Assembly: GCA_046759445.1 (NCBI GenBank)
Contig: JBHICG010000032.1
Span: 1 to 35,071 of the forward strand
Direction of reading: 5' to 3'
DNA from: Candidatus Scalinduaceae bacterium
GTDB taxonomy: Bacteria > Planctomycetota > Brocadiia > Brocadiales > Scalinduaceae
Length of the DNA: 35,071 nucleotides
Shown: piece after piece, positions 1-9,179 of the stretch
How positions within the stretch are numbered: the first letter of the stretch is position 1
How the letters are laid out: each line of letters opens with the position of its first letter
Made by a program: the position numbers and the translations under genes
The notes under the pieces: model-generated
Database searches by the model: none
Told to the model about the DNA's origin: nothing
What the model saw: the letters and a program-made list of their open reading frames with translations, nothing else

Positions 1-1
1 C

Positions 2-370
2 CGAGAATCACCAGATGTTGAACTAACGGCAGTCAACCGGATAAGCCTATTTAATTTTTCTTTCAAAAATTTAATTTGGGAAATGTTTATGGAAACATAT
101 TGTCAATTACTTAGAAAAATAGGGAAGCAAGAGAACGATCCAGCAATAAATATAAAGATTTTGAATGGAAGTATAGCTAAATATTTGGGTGCATTCATTG
201 ATGACAATGAAATTGAACCAACAGAAGATACTTTGGCTTTTTTATTTGATAAGATAACCAACGAACTTGCCGAAAATATCATAGAAAATTTTGGAATTGA
301 GCTTAAGGAAATAATACCTTTTATTGCAGAAAAATACGGTATTGCGAGAACGCATTATTACAAATTATAA
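2..370 (+). CDS. 5'-truncated hypothetical protein (C-terminal part)
   Basis: The frame of ORF 83..370 has no stop back to position 2 (RESPDVELTAVNRISLFNFSFKNLIWE-MFMETY...), so the gene probably starts left of the window. No recognisable motif. Confidence 0.6.
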   Translation, partial: RESPDVELTAVNRISLFNFSFKNLIWEMFMETYCQLLRKIGKQENDPAINIKILNGSIAKYLGAFIDDNEIEPTEDTLAFLFDKITNELAENIIENFGIELKEIIPFIAEKYGIARTHYYKL

Positions 371-388
371 GATAAATCAAAGACCGTA

Positions 389-1123
389 ATGAAACAATAT
401 GAAGCTGTTATAAAAGTAATGCAACATAATGGAGGATATGCAACTCTTGGTTTCTTATATCAAGAGGTATTAAAAATTAAGAAATGCGAATGGAAAACTA
501 AAACTCCTTTTGCAAGTATTAGAAGAATCGTCCAAGATGAAAGATTCTTTTTTAAAATAAAACCTGGACTATGGGCATTAAAAACACACAAAGATAAATT
601 ACCGCCAGAAATTCTACCCGTTAAAAGCATACCAAAAGCAAAACAAGAAGAATACAACCATACTTATTATCAAGGCTTGCTTGTTGAGATAGGAAATTTG
701 AAAAAATATAAAACATTTGTCCCAAACCAAGATAAAAATAGATTATTTTTAGGCAAAAAGCTTTGTAATATAGCAACTGTATCTGCTATTTACAGATTTA
801 GTTATGACCATTTACTTCAAAGAGCCAAAACAGTTGATGTAACTTGGTTTAATAATAGAAATATGCCTGACAGCCTTTTTGAAATAGAACATACTGCTCC
901 CATACAAAACTCGCTATCAAAATTTGTTGACCTTCAAGACTTTTACGCAAAATTTTTCATTGTGGCTGATTCTGTCAGAGAAAATGATTATAAAGCAAAA
1001 TTATCTTATACAGCTTTTGTTGATATTCGTGAAAGGACTAAATTTATGTCTTATAACCAACTATCAGAGTGGCACTCTAAGACTTATCAGTTAGTCAGTT
1101 TGGAAAGTTCGATTGGAATATAA
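389..1123 (+). CDS. N-terminal HTH + PD-(D/E)XK restriction-endonuclease-like protein
   Basis: N-terminal helical/winged-helix-like segment (GGYATLGFLY...TPFASIRRIVQ...PGLWAL); C-terminal VDVTWF...LFEIE motif typical of the PD-(D/E)XK fold, followed by FFIVA. Confidence 0.6.
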   Translation: MKQYEAVIKVMQHNGGYATLGFLYQEVLKIKKCEWKTKTPFASIRRIVQDERFFFKIKPGLWALKTHKDKLPPEILPVKSIPKAKQEEYNHTYYQGLLVEIGNLKKYKTFVPNQDKNRLFLGKKLCNIATVSAIYRFSYDHLLQRAKTVDVTWFNNRNMPDSLFEIEHTAPIQNSLSKFVDLQDFYAKFFIVADSVRENDYKAKLSYTAFVDIRERTKFMSYNQLSEWHSKTYQLVSLESSIGI

Positions 1124-1206
1124 CGCACTGAATTCATTTCCTTATAACAGTTTCTAATTTATAAACTGAATATTTAAATTAATGAATAATTGTTTGGGGG
1201 AAATAT

Positions 1207-1750
1207 ATGAAATCTAAAAGAAATAACAAAAACAAAGTTTATACAATTGAAGGTGGAATTTTAGGTTCTGGGTTGTATGCTGGTGTTGCAATTTTAGATA
1301 CTTCTGAAATAGAAGATTTAGCCGATTACGGAGGACTACTCTATGAACTTAAAAAAATGGGAATTAGAGATGGTGAAGAATATCAAATTGATAATGGTGG
1401 TGACTTGCTAATGTATTATGATTCTTATAAAAAATGTAAGAATATTTTAAAAAAATTTAAAGTAACAGCAGCAAATCTATAAGTATCTTGACACAATATT
1501 ACACTTCCAAAAAGAAGAAGTCTGGCAACCAATCGTTATAAACCAAAATTACTTTCTGTTGGATGGACAACATAGATTGAGATTGGCATTCCGTACCGGC
1601 ATGAAATATATAGATGTGATAGTTGAAAAGAAAAAAGACCCTGATGTAAGTAAAAGTATGAAAGAAGAAATCAAAAAGAGAGAAAAATTTAAAAAGAAAG
1701 CCAGAAAAATACTCAAAATTAAAAAAAATGATTCTTGGTTATATTGGTGA
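1207..1750 (+). pseudogene. Frameshifted ParB/Srx N-terminal-domain protein (ORFs 1207..1482 and 1559..1750 are one gene)
   Basis: The +1 frame is open from 1466 to 1750 and reads QQQIYKYLDTILHFQKEEVWQPIVINQNYFLLDGQHRLRLAFRTGMKYIDVIV, a ParB-like PIV...DGxHR...G...V motif. It overlaps the end of ORF 1207..1482 and has no start upstream of the motif. Confidence 0.6.
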
Positions 1751-1866
1751 ATCTTAGTTTTGTAAAAAAGGTATTGATAAGATTTTTTTTATGTTTATGT
1801 TATAAAGTATTATATGATTATAAACATAAACATCAGAGTTTCAACAATCTACTAAAGTCTTGCTTT

Positions 1867-2379
1867 ATGAAACAAACATTAAAACATCTGTCATTTGTAT
1901 TCATTTTAGCTTTACTATCATCATCTTTACAAGCTCAGGAATTAGTCAAAGTAATCAAGATAATTGATGGAGATACACTATGGCTACTAGACTACAAAGG
2001 GCAAAGGGGGAAAATAAAGCTTATAGGCATAGACGCACCAGAAAGCAAGGCTAATTATAAGGCTGAAAGGGATGCCGAAAAAACTGGACAGGACATAAAT
2101 ACAATTACTGCTATGGGTAAAAGGGCAACAAATTATGTAAGTAGCTTAGTAAAACCAGGGGACAATGTAAGGATAGAGTTTGATGTACGACAACGGGATA
2201 GTTATGGAAGACTGTTATGCTACGTCTATCTTTTAAATGGTAAAATATTGAATGAGGAGATTTTAAAGGCTGGTTATGCTAATGTTAAGACTATATCACC
2301 TAACCTTAAATACAAGGATAGGTTTTTAAAAGCCTACAAAGAGGCAAGGAAAAGTAAGATGGGATTATGGGAAGAATGA
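1867..2379 (+). CDS. Secreted thermonuclease (SNase family)
   Basis: IIDGDT, LIGIDAPE, RDSYGRLLCYVY, NEEILKAGYA, A..KMGLW motifs. Start moved to ATG 1867, which precedes a signal peptide (..SSLQA). Confidence 0.9.
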   Translation: MKQTLKHLSFVFILALLSSSLQAQELVKVIKIIDGDTLWLLDYKGQRGKIKLIGIDAPESKANYKAERDAEKTGQDINTITAMGKRATNYVSSLVKPGDNVRIEFDVRQRDSYGRLLCYVYLLNGKILNEEILKAGYANVKTISPNLKYKDRFLKAYKEARKSKMGLWEE

Positions 2380-2451
2380 AAATAATTTTTTAACATTCTG
2401 AAGATTCTAACAATTAAGAAAAGGGATTGCAGCAATTAAGAGAAGTTTTGA

Positions 2452-2835
2452 TTATCCTACCCTAAGGCCTTCTTCAACCGTTTTGTTTATCATTTCTTTT
2501 TCTTGTTCATCAATCTCCGCAAACGCAACAGAAACTCCACACATGGAAGAGCTTTGATGTGCCTTAATGCGTGTTACTGTACCAACACAGTTTATGGGAA
2601 GTAAGGACTTAGAAAAGCCTATTTTTAAATCTAGAAGTGCACCAACTCCTAATATTTTGTTACAAAAAAAGAAAACACCTCCTGCCCCTAAATCCTTCAT
2701 AGCAACCATATCCCATTTATCGGAAACCGTCTTCCGGTATTCATCTGGTCTTGCTCGAAACCTCACTGTGAAAGGTTTTTCTGTTTTTTTATATTCTATT
2801 CTTTTATATTTCCTTTTTTCCACGCCGTTATACAT
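2452..2835 (-). CDS. PilZ domain protein
   Basis: EKRKYKR (RxxxR) and DLGAGG (variant D/NxSxxG); C-terminal G-V-x-F beta-barrel end. Confidence 0.85.
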   Translation of the reverse strand: MYNGVEKRKYKRIEYKKTEKPFTVRFRARPDEYRKTVSDKWDMVAMKDLGAGGVFFFCNKILGVGALLDLKIGFSKSLLPINCVGTVTRIKAHQSSSMCGVSVAFAEIDEQEKEMINKTVEEGLRVG

Positions 2836-2880
2836 AGTAAGCTACCTTTCATGATAAGGTTTTTTGCGGGTAAGTTGCAT

Positions 2881-2908
2881 ATTCTATCATTTTTTAATGG
2901 TGTGTCAA
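2881..2908 (-). promoter_or_regulatory. Putative sigma70 promoter of PilZ gene 2452..2835
   Basis: Minus strand TTGACA-16 nt-TAGAAT with TGn extended -10. Confidence 0.5.
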
Positions 2909-3007
2909 GATTTTGTAAGCTATATTATTAAAAATACCGATAATGTCACATGCGGAAGCACGGGAGTGTTTTTAATTCCCCTAATTTACTATAAACGGTC
3001 AGATCCA

Positions 3008-3382
3008 TTAAAAAAATATATTAGGTTCTTTACTGAATTTCAAAGCGACACCTAATTTTTTGTTGTGATTGAAGAAGCCTTTATCATCTATTCTGACAAT
3101 TACTCCAGATCCATTAACCCAAACTCTTCTTTCTGTTAGCACAGATTTAGAGTATATTCCTTCTATATAAACCATTATCTCTTTTCCAAGTGGATAATTT
3201 TCGACATCTTTTGTTATAACTTCAAAATAAACTCCGTTTGGGCTGATATTCTTTGTTTTAGCTTTGCAGTCAAATATCGTCATTGGTAACGAGAGTTCTG
3301 TCCTTTTTTCAGTTCTCCTTTCATTTCCTCTTAGATGGCTTGCAACAGTCTTCTTTCTTGAAATATTGATAGTGCTCTTCAT
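3008..3382 (-). CDS. PilZ domain protein
   Basis: ERRTEKR (RxxxR), NISPNG (D/NxSxxG), G.IVR...GVALKF; GGAG RBS upstream. Confidence 0.85.
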   Translation of the reverse strand: MKSTINISRKKTVASHLRGNERRTEKRTELSLPMTIFDCKAKTKNISPNGVYFEVITKDVENYPLGKEIMVYIEGIYSKSVLTERRVWVNGSGVIVRIDDKGFFNHNKKLGVALKFSKEPNIFF

Positions 3383-3558
3383 GGTTGTTTTCTCCTTTAA
3401 CCTAAAATCTTATTTTTGTTTAAAATTTCGCTTGTATATATTCTAACAGTTCGAATGTCATCATGCTTTAAAAGGCAAATGTCTGTATTTTGGTTTGTTA
3501 TGTGCAATGGAAGGTGACGTGGGTGATACTTGTAATACATAATTCTAAACATTAAACT

Positions 3559-3574
3559 TGCAATATGCGTACCA
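3559..3574 (-). promoter_or_regulatory. Putative sigma54 (-24/-12) promoter upstream of PilZ gene 3008..3382
   Basis: Minus strand TGGTACGCATATTGCA = GG-N10-GC, close to the TGGCACG-N4-TTGCW consensus. Confidence 0.6.
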
Positions 3575-3990
3575 TTAATTCATCTCCAAAGACTAAAGAT
3601 CAAGGCCGTACATTAAGTTATAGTATAACAAAGAGATATAACTTCGAGCGAAGCAATGGAATAAACATTTTTATACTGTTTATTTAAAACTTGAGAAATA
3701 CTTTCTAAATCTCTAGAAAATTTAAAGAACCACTCATAGTTTACGCTTTTTATTTTTTCTAAAATTCTTTTATATCCTGAGAAAAACAATTTGGGTAAAA
3801 TATGAAAAAAAAAGTTGAAGTTTTACAGGTTTTTGTTTTAGTATCCACACCTGTTCAAAAAAAGAGTTATTATTACCCAAAAAATTATTTGTAATAGAAC
3901 TAAAGAAATACCACTTTTGTACTGATGAACCTGATAAATTAGTAAAAATGATTAATACATTAAGAAAATATAGAGAGTAGAACTTCGAAA

Positions 3991-4359
3991 ATGTATCAGT
4001 TTTTAGATAAGTTTTTTCTAATATTTCATTCATTCATTGTTGTTTTTATTCTATTTGGCTGGATATGGAAGAAAACACGAAAAGTCAATCTGATTGTTAT
4101 TTTACTAACGGCATTTTCCTGGTTTATTTTAGGCATCTGGTATGGCATAGGTTACTGTTTTTGCACAGACTGGCACTGGCAGGTTAGAATAAAATTAGGA
4201 TATCGCAACATGCCAAATTCTTATATAAAATTTCTTGCAGATACTTTAACGGGTTTTGATTTTAATGCAAACCTGGTTGATACTTTAACGACTGTATGTT
4301 TTGTATTAGCATTGGCTGCATCTGTTTACACAAACCTTAAAGATTGGGGGCAAAAATAG
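3991..4359 (+). CDS. DUF2784-family membrane protein
   Basis: Small hydrophobic protein with H in TM1 and GYCFCTDWHW motif (CPLT-like). Confidence 0.7.
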   Translation: MYQFLDKFFLIFHSFIVVFILFGWIWKKTRKVNLIVILLTAFSWFILGIWYGIGYCFCTDWHWQVRIKLGYRNMPNSYIKFLADTLTGFDFNANLVDTLTTVCFVLALAASVYTNLKDWGQK

Positions 4360-4578
4360 ATAAGATGAACACAACGGTAGCCATTAATATCAATTGATTT
4401 CAAAGGCTAATTTTCCTATTATTAGATGATTCCTCAATTAATAAATTAGCTCCCTTTGGTTGGCAATTTATGTAGTTTTGATACGCAAGATTTAAGTATA
4501 TGACATGATTATTCAGGATGTAAGCATAAGAAACGAAGTAAGACTTAATAATATCACGAAATGTTATAGGAGGATGTA

Positions 4579-5049
4579 ATGGAAAAGGTATACATGACAA
4601 AAAATGGTTATGATAAGTTGAAAATGGAATTGGATGATTTGAAAAATGTAAAGAGATCTGAAGTTGAGGCAGCGATTGGGAAGGCGAGAGCATTCGGTGA
4701 CCTTAGTGAGAATGCAGAATATCATGCCGCAAGGGAGGCACAGGGGTTGCTCGAAGCAAAGATTCGTAATCTTGAGGATAAACTTGCAAGGACTGAGATT
4801 GTAGATTCTTCTAATATTCCAAATGATGCCATCCATTTTGGAGCAAAGATTGAAATTAAGGACATGGAGTCAGGAGATATTGAACATTATCAATTGATAG
4901 GCGCTGGTGAAGATGATCCCTTAAATGGTAAAATACTGGCCACTTCACCATTTGCTAAGGCATTTTTAGGCCGCAAGGTAAATGAAGTAGTAGAGGTGGA
5001 AGCGCCTATGGGCAAGTTGCAGTATGAAATATTGAAGATTGAATATTGA
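4579..5049 (+). CDS. greA: Transcription elongation factor GreA
   Basis: ARAFGDLSENAEYHAARE signature, SPFAKAFLG; AGGAGG RBS. Confidence 0.97.
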   Translation: MEKVYMTKNGYDKLKMELDDLKNVKRSEVEAAIGKARAFGDLSENAEYHAAREAQGLLEAKIRNLEDKLARTEIVDSSNIPNDAIHFGAKIEIKDMESGDIEHYQLIGAGEDDPLNGKILATSPFAKAFLGRKVNEVVEVEAPMGKLQYEILKIEY

Positions 5050-5098
5050 ATATTAATCACAAGTTAGACACTATTGCACTTAAAAGGAGGTTATTATT

Positions 5099-5794
5099 AT
5101 GAAATCATCTTTTGCCAATAGTTTGCCAACACACGCTGAACTACAGGCAGCCCTTAAAGCTGTAGTTGCGGAGGAAAATGGAGGATTTGGTTTTAATATG
5201 TGGGCGACCATAGTTGACAGGGATGGTGTGGTAAAGACTATAGTGTTTACGGGTAATGACAGAGGTGATCAGTGGCCGGGTAGCCGTGTTATTTCTGCAC
5301 AAAAAGCGAATACGGCAAATGCATTCAGTCTGCCAGGATTTGCGTTATCAACTGCGAACCTTTTTTCGGCAGTTCAGCCAGGTGGCAGTCTGCACGGCTT
5401 ACAGTTTAGTAATCCTATTGCAACTGATGTGGCGTATAAAGGTTCATCTGAAGATTATGGAACCGAGAGTGACCCTATGGTGGGGTATAAGATTGGCGGA
5501 GTGAATGTGTTTGGTGGTGGTTTGCCACTGTATGATAGGGATGGCATACTTGTTGGCGCCATTGGAGTCAGTGGTGATAGTTCTTGTGCAGACCATAATA
5601 TTGCATGGAAATTGCGTTACAAACTTAATCTAAGTAATGTTCCCGCAGGCGTGAGCCCTACCAGCGATGACAACATAATAAATGACATTACCGACGGTGT
5701 TAGTGCAAGTGGGTGGGGGCATCCGGAGTGTTCTCCTAAGTCTACCAAGATTGCCAGGGATCTTCTAAAAACACACCCGTTAGAACAAAAATAG
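5099..5794 (+). CDS. GlcG/HbpS-family heme-binding protein
   Basis: ATIVDRDG, SAQKANTA, FGGGLPLY...LVGAIGVSG...DH motifs; AGGAGG RBS. Confidence 0.8.
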   Translation: MKSSFANSLPTHAELQAALKAVVAEENGGFGFNMWATIVDRDGVVKTIVFTGNDRGDQWPGSRVISAQKANTANAFSLPGFALSTANLFSAVQPGGSLHGLQFSNPIATDVAYKGSSEDYGTESDPMVGYKIGGVNVFGGGLPLYDRDGILVGAIGVSGDSSCADHNIAWKLRYKLNLSNVPAGVSPTSDDNIINDITDGVSASGWGHPECSPKSTKIARDLLKTHPLEQK

Positions 5795-5841
5795 TTGCAA
5801 ATGCTTTTATTTTTTAAAATATAAATGACTATTTTCAATGG

Positions 5842-6636
5842 ATGAAATCAATTGTTATTATGAATGAAGAACAAAAATTCGAAATCATTAAATATGATGG
5901 GGTGCCGTACACTATTTATAAATATTCTAAATTGGATTCTACCAATACGTTTTTAAAACAGCATTGCTCAACGTTGGCAGATTATACCGTCATCTGGGCT
6001 GAAGAACAGACACAGGGGAGTGGTCGTTTTGGCCGGATGTGGAAATCGGAGCCAGGTGAAGACCTCACATTCTCATTTCTGCTGCCACTTTCTTCTCTTA
6101 AACTGAAATTGAGACAGAATATTACGCAGTTAGCAGCCCTTGCGGTTGTACGATTACTAGAGAGTCACGGATTGAAGCCGGCTGTAAAATGGCCTAATGA
6201 TGTGCTTATAAAAGGTAAAAAAATATGTGGTATACTGTGTGAGACGGTTGAAGTAAAGAAGAAGGCATATGCAATACTTGGGATCGGACTTAACGTAAAC
6301 AGTTCGAAGGAATCATTTGTCCCTCTTGATAAGCCTGCCACATCAATTCGCGGCGAAATGCACCGTAGAATTGGCAGGATTGAAGTGCTTAGGGATCTTC
6401 TTGAGAACATAATTAAATGTTTTAACGAACTATGTCAGGAAGGTTTTAAGAAGATCAGAATGGAAATAAAGAAAAGATTGACATTTATAAATGAGCGGAT
6501 TATTGTTACTGACGGTGCAAATAATTTACATCCAGGGAAGATAATTGATCTTAATAATGATGGCACATTACTTTTTAACTGTGAGGAATGTGATGTTATC
6601 AGTTTAAATTCAGGAGAAGTATCATTTAAGGGTTAA
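5842..6636 (+). CDS. birA: Biotin-[acetyl-CoA-carboxylase] ligase (class I, no HTH)
   Basis: DSTN, QTQGSGRFGRMW, KWPNDV, KKICGIL, GIGLN motifs; next to a biotin-dependent decarboxylase. Confidence 0.93.
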   Translation: MKSIVIMNEEQKFEIIKYDGVPYTIYKYSKLDSTNTFLKQHCSTLADYTVIWAEEQTQGSGRFGRMWKSEPGEDLTFSFLLPLSSLKLKLRQNITQLAALAVVRLLESHGLKPAVKWPNDVLIKGKKICGILCETVEVKKKAYAILGIGLNVNSSKESFVPLDKPATSIRGEMHRRIGRIEVLRDLLENIIKCFNELCQEGFKKIRMEIKKRLTFINERIIVTDGANNLHPGKIIDLNNDGTLLFNCEECDVISLNSGEVSFKG

Positions 6637-6656
6637 GGCCTTAAAGGGGGTACTTT

Positions 6657-6905
6657 ATGATCAGTGATGCATTTATGCTTATGCTTATGGGCATGGGAGT
6701 TGTATTTGTTTTTCTTGTGATTTTGAATATAGCAATATCTTTGCTTGAGTATTGTACCAGGGGATATACGCTAAAGGAGGAAACTGCCATTGTTGAAGAG
6801 GAGCTCGCACGCAGGGGAAAGAAAAGAAAGGATACATTGGCAGGAGGCGGTGACACACATGCTGCAGCCATATCGGCGGCCGTTCATACATACAGAAACA
6901 CCTGA
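6657..6905 (+). CDS. oadG: Na+-translocating decarboxylase gamma subunit
   Basis: GMGVVFVFLVIL TM and C-terminal AAAISAAVH.Y motif. Confidence 0.9.
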   Translation: MISDAFMLMLMGMGVVFVFLVILNIAISLLEYCTRGYTLKEETAIVEEELARRGKKRKDTLAGGGDTHAAAISAAVHTYRNT

Positions 6906-6944
6906 TTTTTAGTATTGATATACTTATACACTTTTACTTTTATC

Positions 6945-7110
6945 CAGCATTGTCCGGTTAGATTTTTGCGTGTTTAATTTGTTGCCCCCAAAGCTGTCAT
7001 TCCCGCATGTTTTTATCGGGAATCTAGGATGAATGAACCTCTAGTTACCCGACAAAAGAGTTTGAGTATGACAAAACCCGCTCAAGCAAAAATCTAACCG
7101 GACAATGCTG
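6945..7110. mobile_element. MITE, 166 bp, with perfect 25-bp terminal inverted repeats and a near-perfect 9-bp target duplication
   Basis: CAGCATTGTCCGGTTAGATTTTTGC (6945-6969) and its exact reverse complement (7086-7110); flanks ACTTTTATC (6936-6944) and ACTTTTACC (7111-7119); no coding capacity. Confidence 0.85.
6995..7073. repeat. REP-like imperfect palindrome nested inside the MITE
   Basis: TGTCATTCCCGC...CGGGAATCTAG...CTAGTTACCCGAC...ATGACA, resembling GTCATTCCCGC-type palindromic repeats. Confidence 0.55.
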
Positions 7111-7288
7111 ACTTTTACCTAAAATGAGCGATTTATTGGGAACTTTATTCAGCCTAAGGTTTTAGCCTGTGTTTACAGACAGGTGTAAAGGTTGCGGCTA
7201 CATAAATCGTACAACTAGTTTTTACTGAAATGGCAGTTGGTTATTTAGTTATAAACAATCGACATATCAAACGAAAGGGTGGCTTATT

Positions 7289-9070
7289 GTGAGAAGGGTT
7301 AGATTTATGGATACATCATTCAGGGATGGATTTCAGTCGGTTTTCGGCGCTCGTGTGCTTACACAAGACTTCATACCTGCAGTAGAAGCTGCGGTAGAAG
7401 CGGGTATTACCCATATGGAAGCTGGTGGAGGCGCACGGTTTCAATCTCTTTTCTTTTACTGTAATGAATCGGCATTTCACATGATGGATAAATTTCGAGA
7501 GGCTGCCGGGCCTGACGCCAATCTTCAGACTCTTGCACGGGGTATTAATGTAGTTGCATTATCTCAGTCACCCAAAGATATTATTAATCTTCATGCGATC
7601 CTTTTTAAGAAGCACGGGATTACGACTGTCCGTAATTTTGATGCCCTTAATGACATTCAAAACCTTGAATATTCTGGCAAATGTATAACAGATGCCGGTC
7701 TTCATCACCAGGTGTGTATAACACTCATGGATCTTCCTGCCGAATGTGATGAGGCTCATACAGCAAAATTCTATCTTAATCGTCTGAGGACAATATTGGA
7801 TTCAGGAATTCCTTTTGAATCTATTTGTTTTAAGGATGCAAGCGGAACTGCCAATCCTCAGAAAGTGTATGAAACATTTCAAGGTGCCCGCAAACTCATC
7901 GGAGATGATGTGTTACTCTGGTACCATACCCATGATACTGCTGGAGTTGGTGTGACCTGTAATCTGGCTGCAATAGAGGGTGGGGCGACAAAAGACAACA
8001 ACCTTGGTATTGACCTTGCAAAGAGTCCCGTATGCGGTGGCACAAGCCAGCCTGATATTATTTCGATGTGGCATGCTCTCAAAGGCAAGGGATGGACGAT
8101 AGACATAGATGTTATGAAAGTCGTCGAGGCAGAAAATGTTTTTGAAGAATGCATGAAAGACTATTTTATTCCTATAGAGGCCAAGCAGGTCTCTCCAATC
8201 ATCCCGCTTTCACCAATGCCAGGAGGTGCCCTAACAGCAAATACCATGATGATGCGAGACACTGGAACGCTTCACCTTTATCCTCAGGTTATTAAAGAGA
8301 TGACTGAAGTTGTCAAAAAGGGTGGATTTGCTACATCTGTAACGCCAGTGTCACAGTTCTATTTCCAGCAAGCCTATGCTAATGTAACCCAGGGAAAATG
8401 GGAAAAGATTACGGAAGGATATGGTGATATGGTGCTTGGTTATTTTGGACGTACTCCTTCAAGTCCTGATCCAGAAATAGTAAAACTTGCTGAAAAACAA
8501 TTAGGTAAAAAAGCGTTTGATGGTCACCCGTTGGATATTCTTGAACCTGGAATTCCTGGAGCTACGAAAAAACTTAAAGATAATCAGATTGAGATTACGG
8601 ACGAAAATATTTTCATAGCTTGCACCTGCGGGGAAAAGGGCATCGAATTTCTGCGTGGAGAAATGAAAGCGAATATCAGGAAGATTAGCGATAAAGTAAA
8701 AGCTTCTCCTTCCCCTGTGCAGGTTCCCAGTAAAAAAGGTACTGGCAATTATAACGTTACCGTTGATGGCAAGTCATTTAATGTTACCGTTACCGAAGAT
8801 ACTGGTGCAGTTCAAGCCATTACTCCACAACCATCTGAGCCAATAGGGGCTGTAGAAGGTGAACCGATTGTTGCAAGCATGCCGGGTTCGGTTATGCGAA
8901 TAGAAGTTGCGCTGGGAGATACCATAAAGGCTGGAGATGTTATTCTCGTCCTTGAGGCAATGAAAATGGAATCTCCAGTTAAGGCGCAAAAAGATTGTAC
9001 AATCATCTCAATTGATGTGGCGGTTGGAGATAACGTGAAAAATGGTGACACGCTTGTTATGATTGGATAG
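7289..9070 (+). CDS. oadA: Oxaloacetate decarboxylase alpha subunit / PycB-like carboxyltransferase + biotin carrier
   Basis: DTSFRDGFQS, RNFDALND, FKDASG, HTHDT, MPGGA, VTPVSQF; C-terminal EAMKM biotinylation motif; GTG start; sits between oadG and oadB. Confidence 0.92.
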   Translation: MRRVRFMDTSFRDGFQSVFGARVLTQDFIPAVEAAVEAGITHMEAGGGARFQSLFFYCNESAFHMMDKFREAAGPDANLQTLARGINVVALSQSPKDIINLHAILFKKHGITTVRNFDALNDIQNLEYSGKCITDAGLHHQVCITLMDLPAECDEAHTAKFYLNRLRTILDSGIPFESICFKDASGTANPQKVYETFQGARKLIGDDVLLWYHTHDTAGVGVTCNLAAIEGGATKDNNLGIDLAKSPVCGGTSQPDIISMWHALKGKGWTIDIDVMKVVEAENVFEECMKDYFIPIEAKQVSPIIPLSPMPGGALTANTMMMRDTGTLHLYPQVIKEMTEVVKKGGFATSVTPVSQFYFQQAYANVTQGKWEKITEGYGDMVLGYFGRTPSSPDPEIVKLAEKQLGKKAFDGHPLDILEPGIPGATKKLKDNQIEITDENIFIACTCGEKGIEFLRGEMKANIRKISDKVKASPSPVQVPSKKGTGNYNVTVDGKSFNVTVTEDTGAVQAITPQPSEPIGAVEGEPIVASMPGSVMRIEVALGDTIKAGDVILVLEAMKMESPVKAQKDCTIISIDVAVGDNVKNGDTLVMIG

Positions 9071-9179
9071 TTTAATGTATGTTGAATCTAAAAATTGCGT
9101 GTGCGATTCTTTCTGCTTAGTATGTTCACATTGCAGATTTAGCAACTTGTAACTGAAACAAAAAACCGATATATCATCT

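Noticed and set aside
1735..1866. Long N-terminal extension of the thermonuclease ORF
   Set aside because: TTG start inside the previous ORF with low-complexity AT-rich translation; the signal peptide begins at ATG 1867.
3450..3545. Possible c-di-GMP riboswitch in the PilZ leader
   Set aside because: GGCAAA occurs only on the non-transcribed strand, and no GNRA tetraloop/receptor two-stem structure is visible.
3771..3980. Plus-strand reading frame with one internal TGA (..KKS*SFTGF...FCTDEPDKLVKMIN) just upstream of DUF2784
   Set aside because: May be a decayed gene, but there is no start or RBS and no family I can name; the overlapping minus ORF 3770..4033 is also unsupported.
6577..6591. 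CEEC (CxxC) near the BirA C-terminus
   Set aside because: Single motif without a partner pair; no evidence of function.
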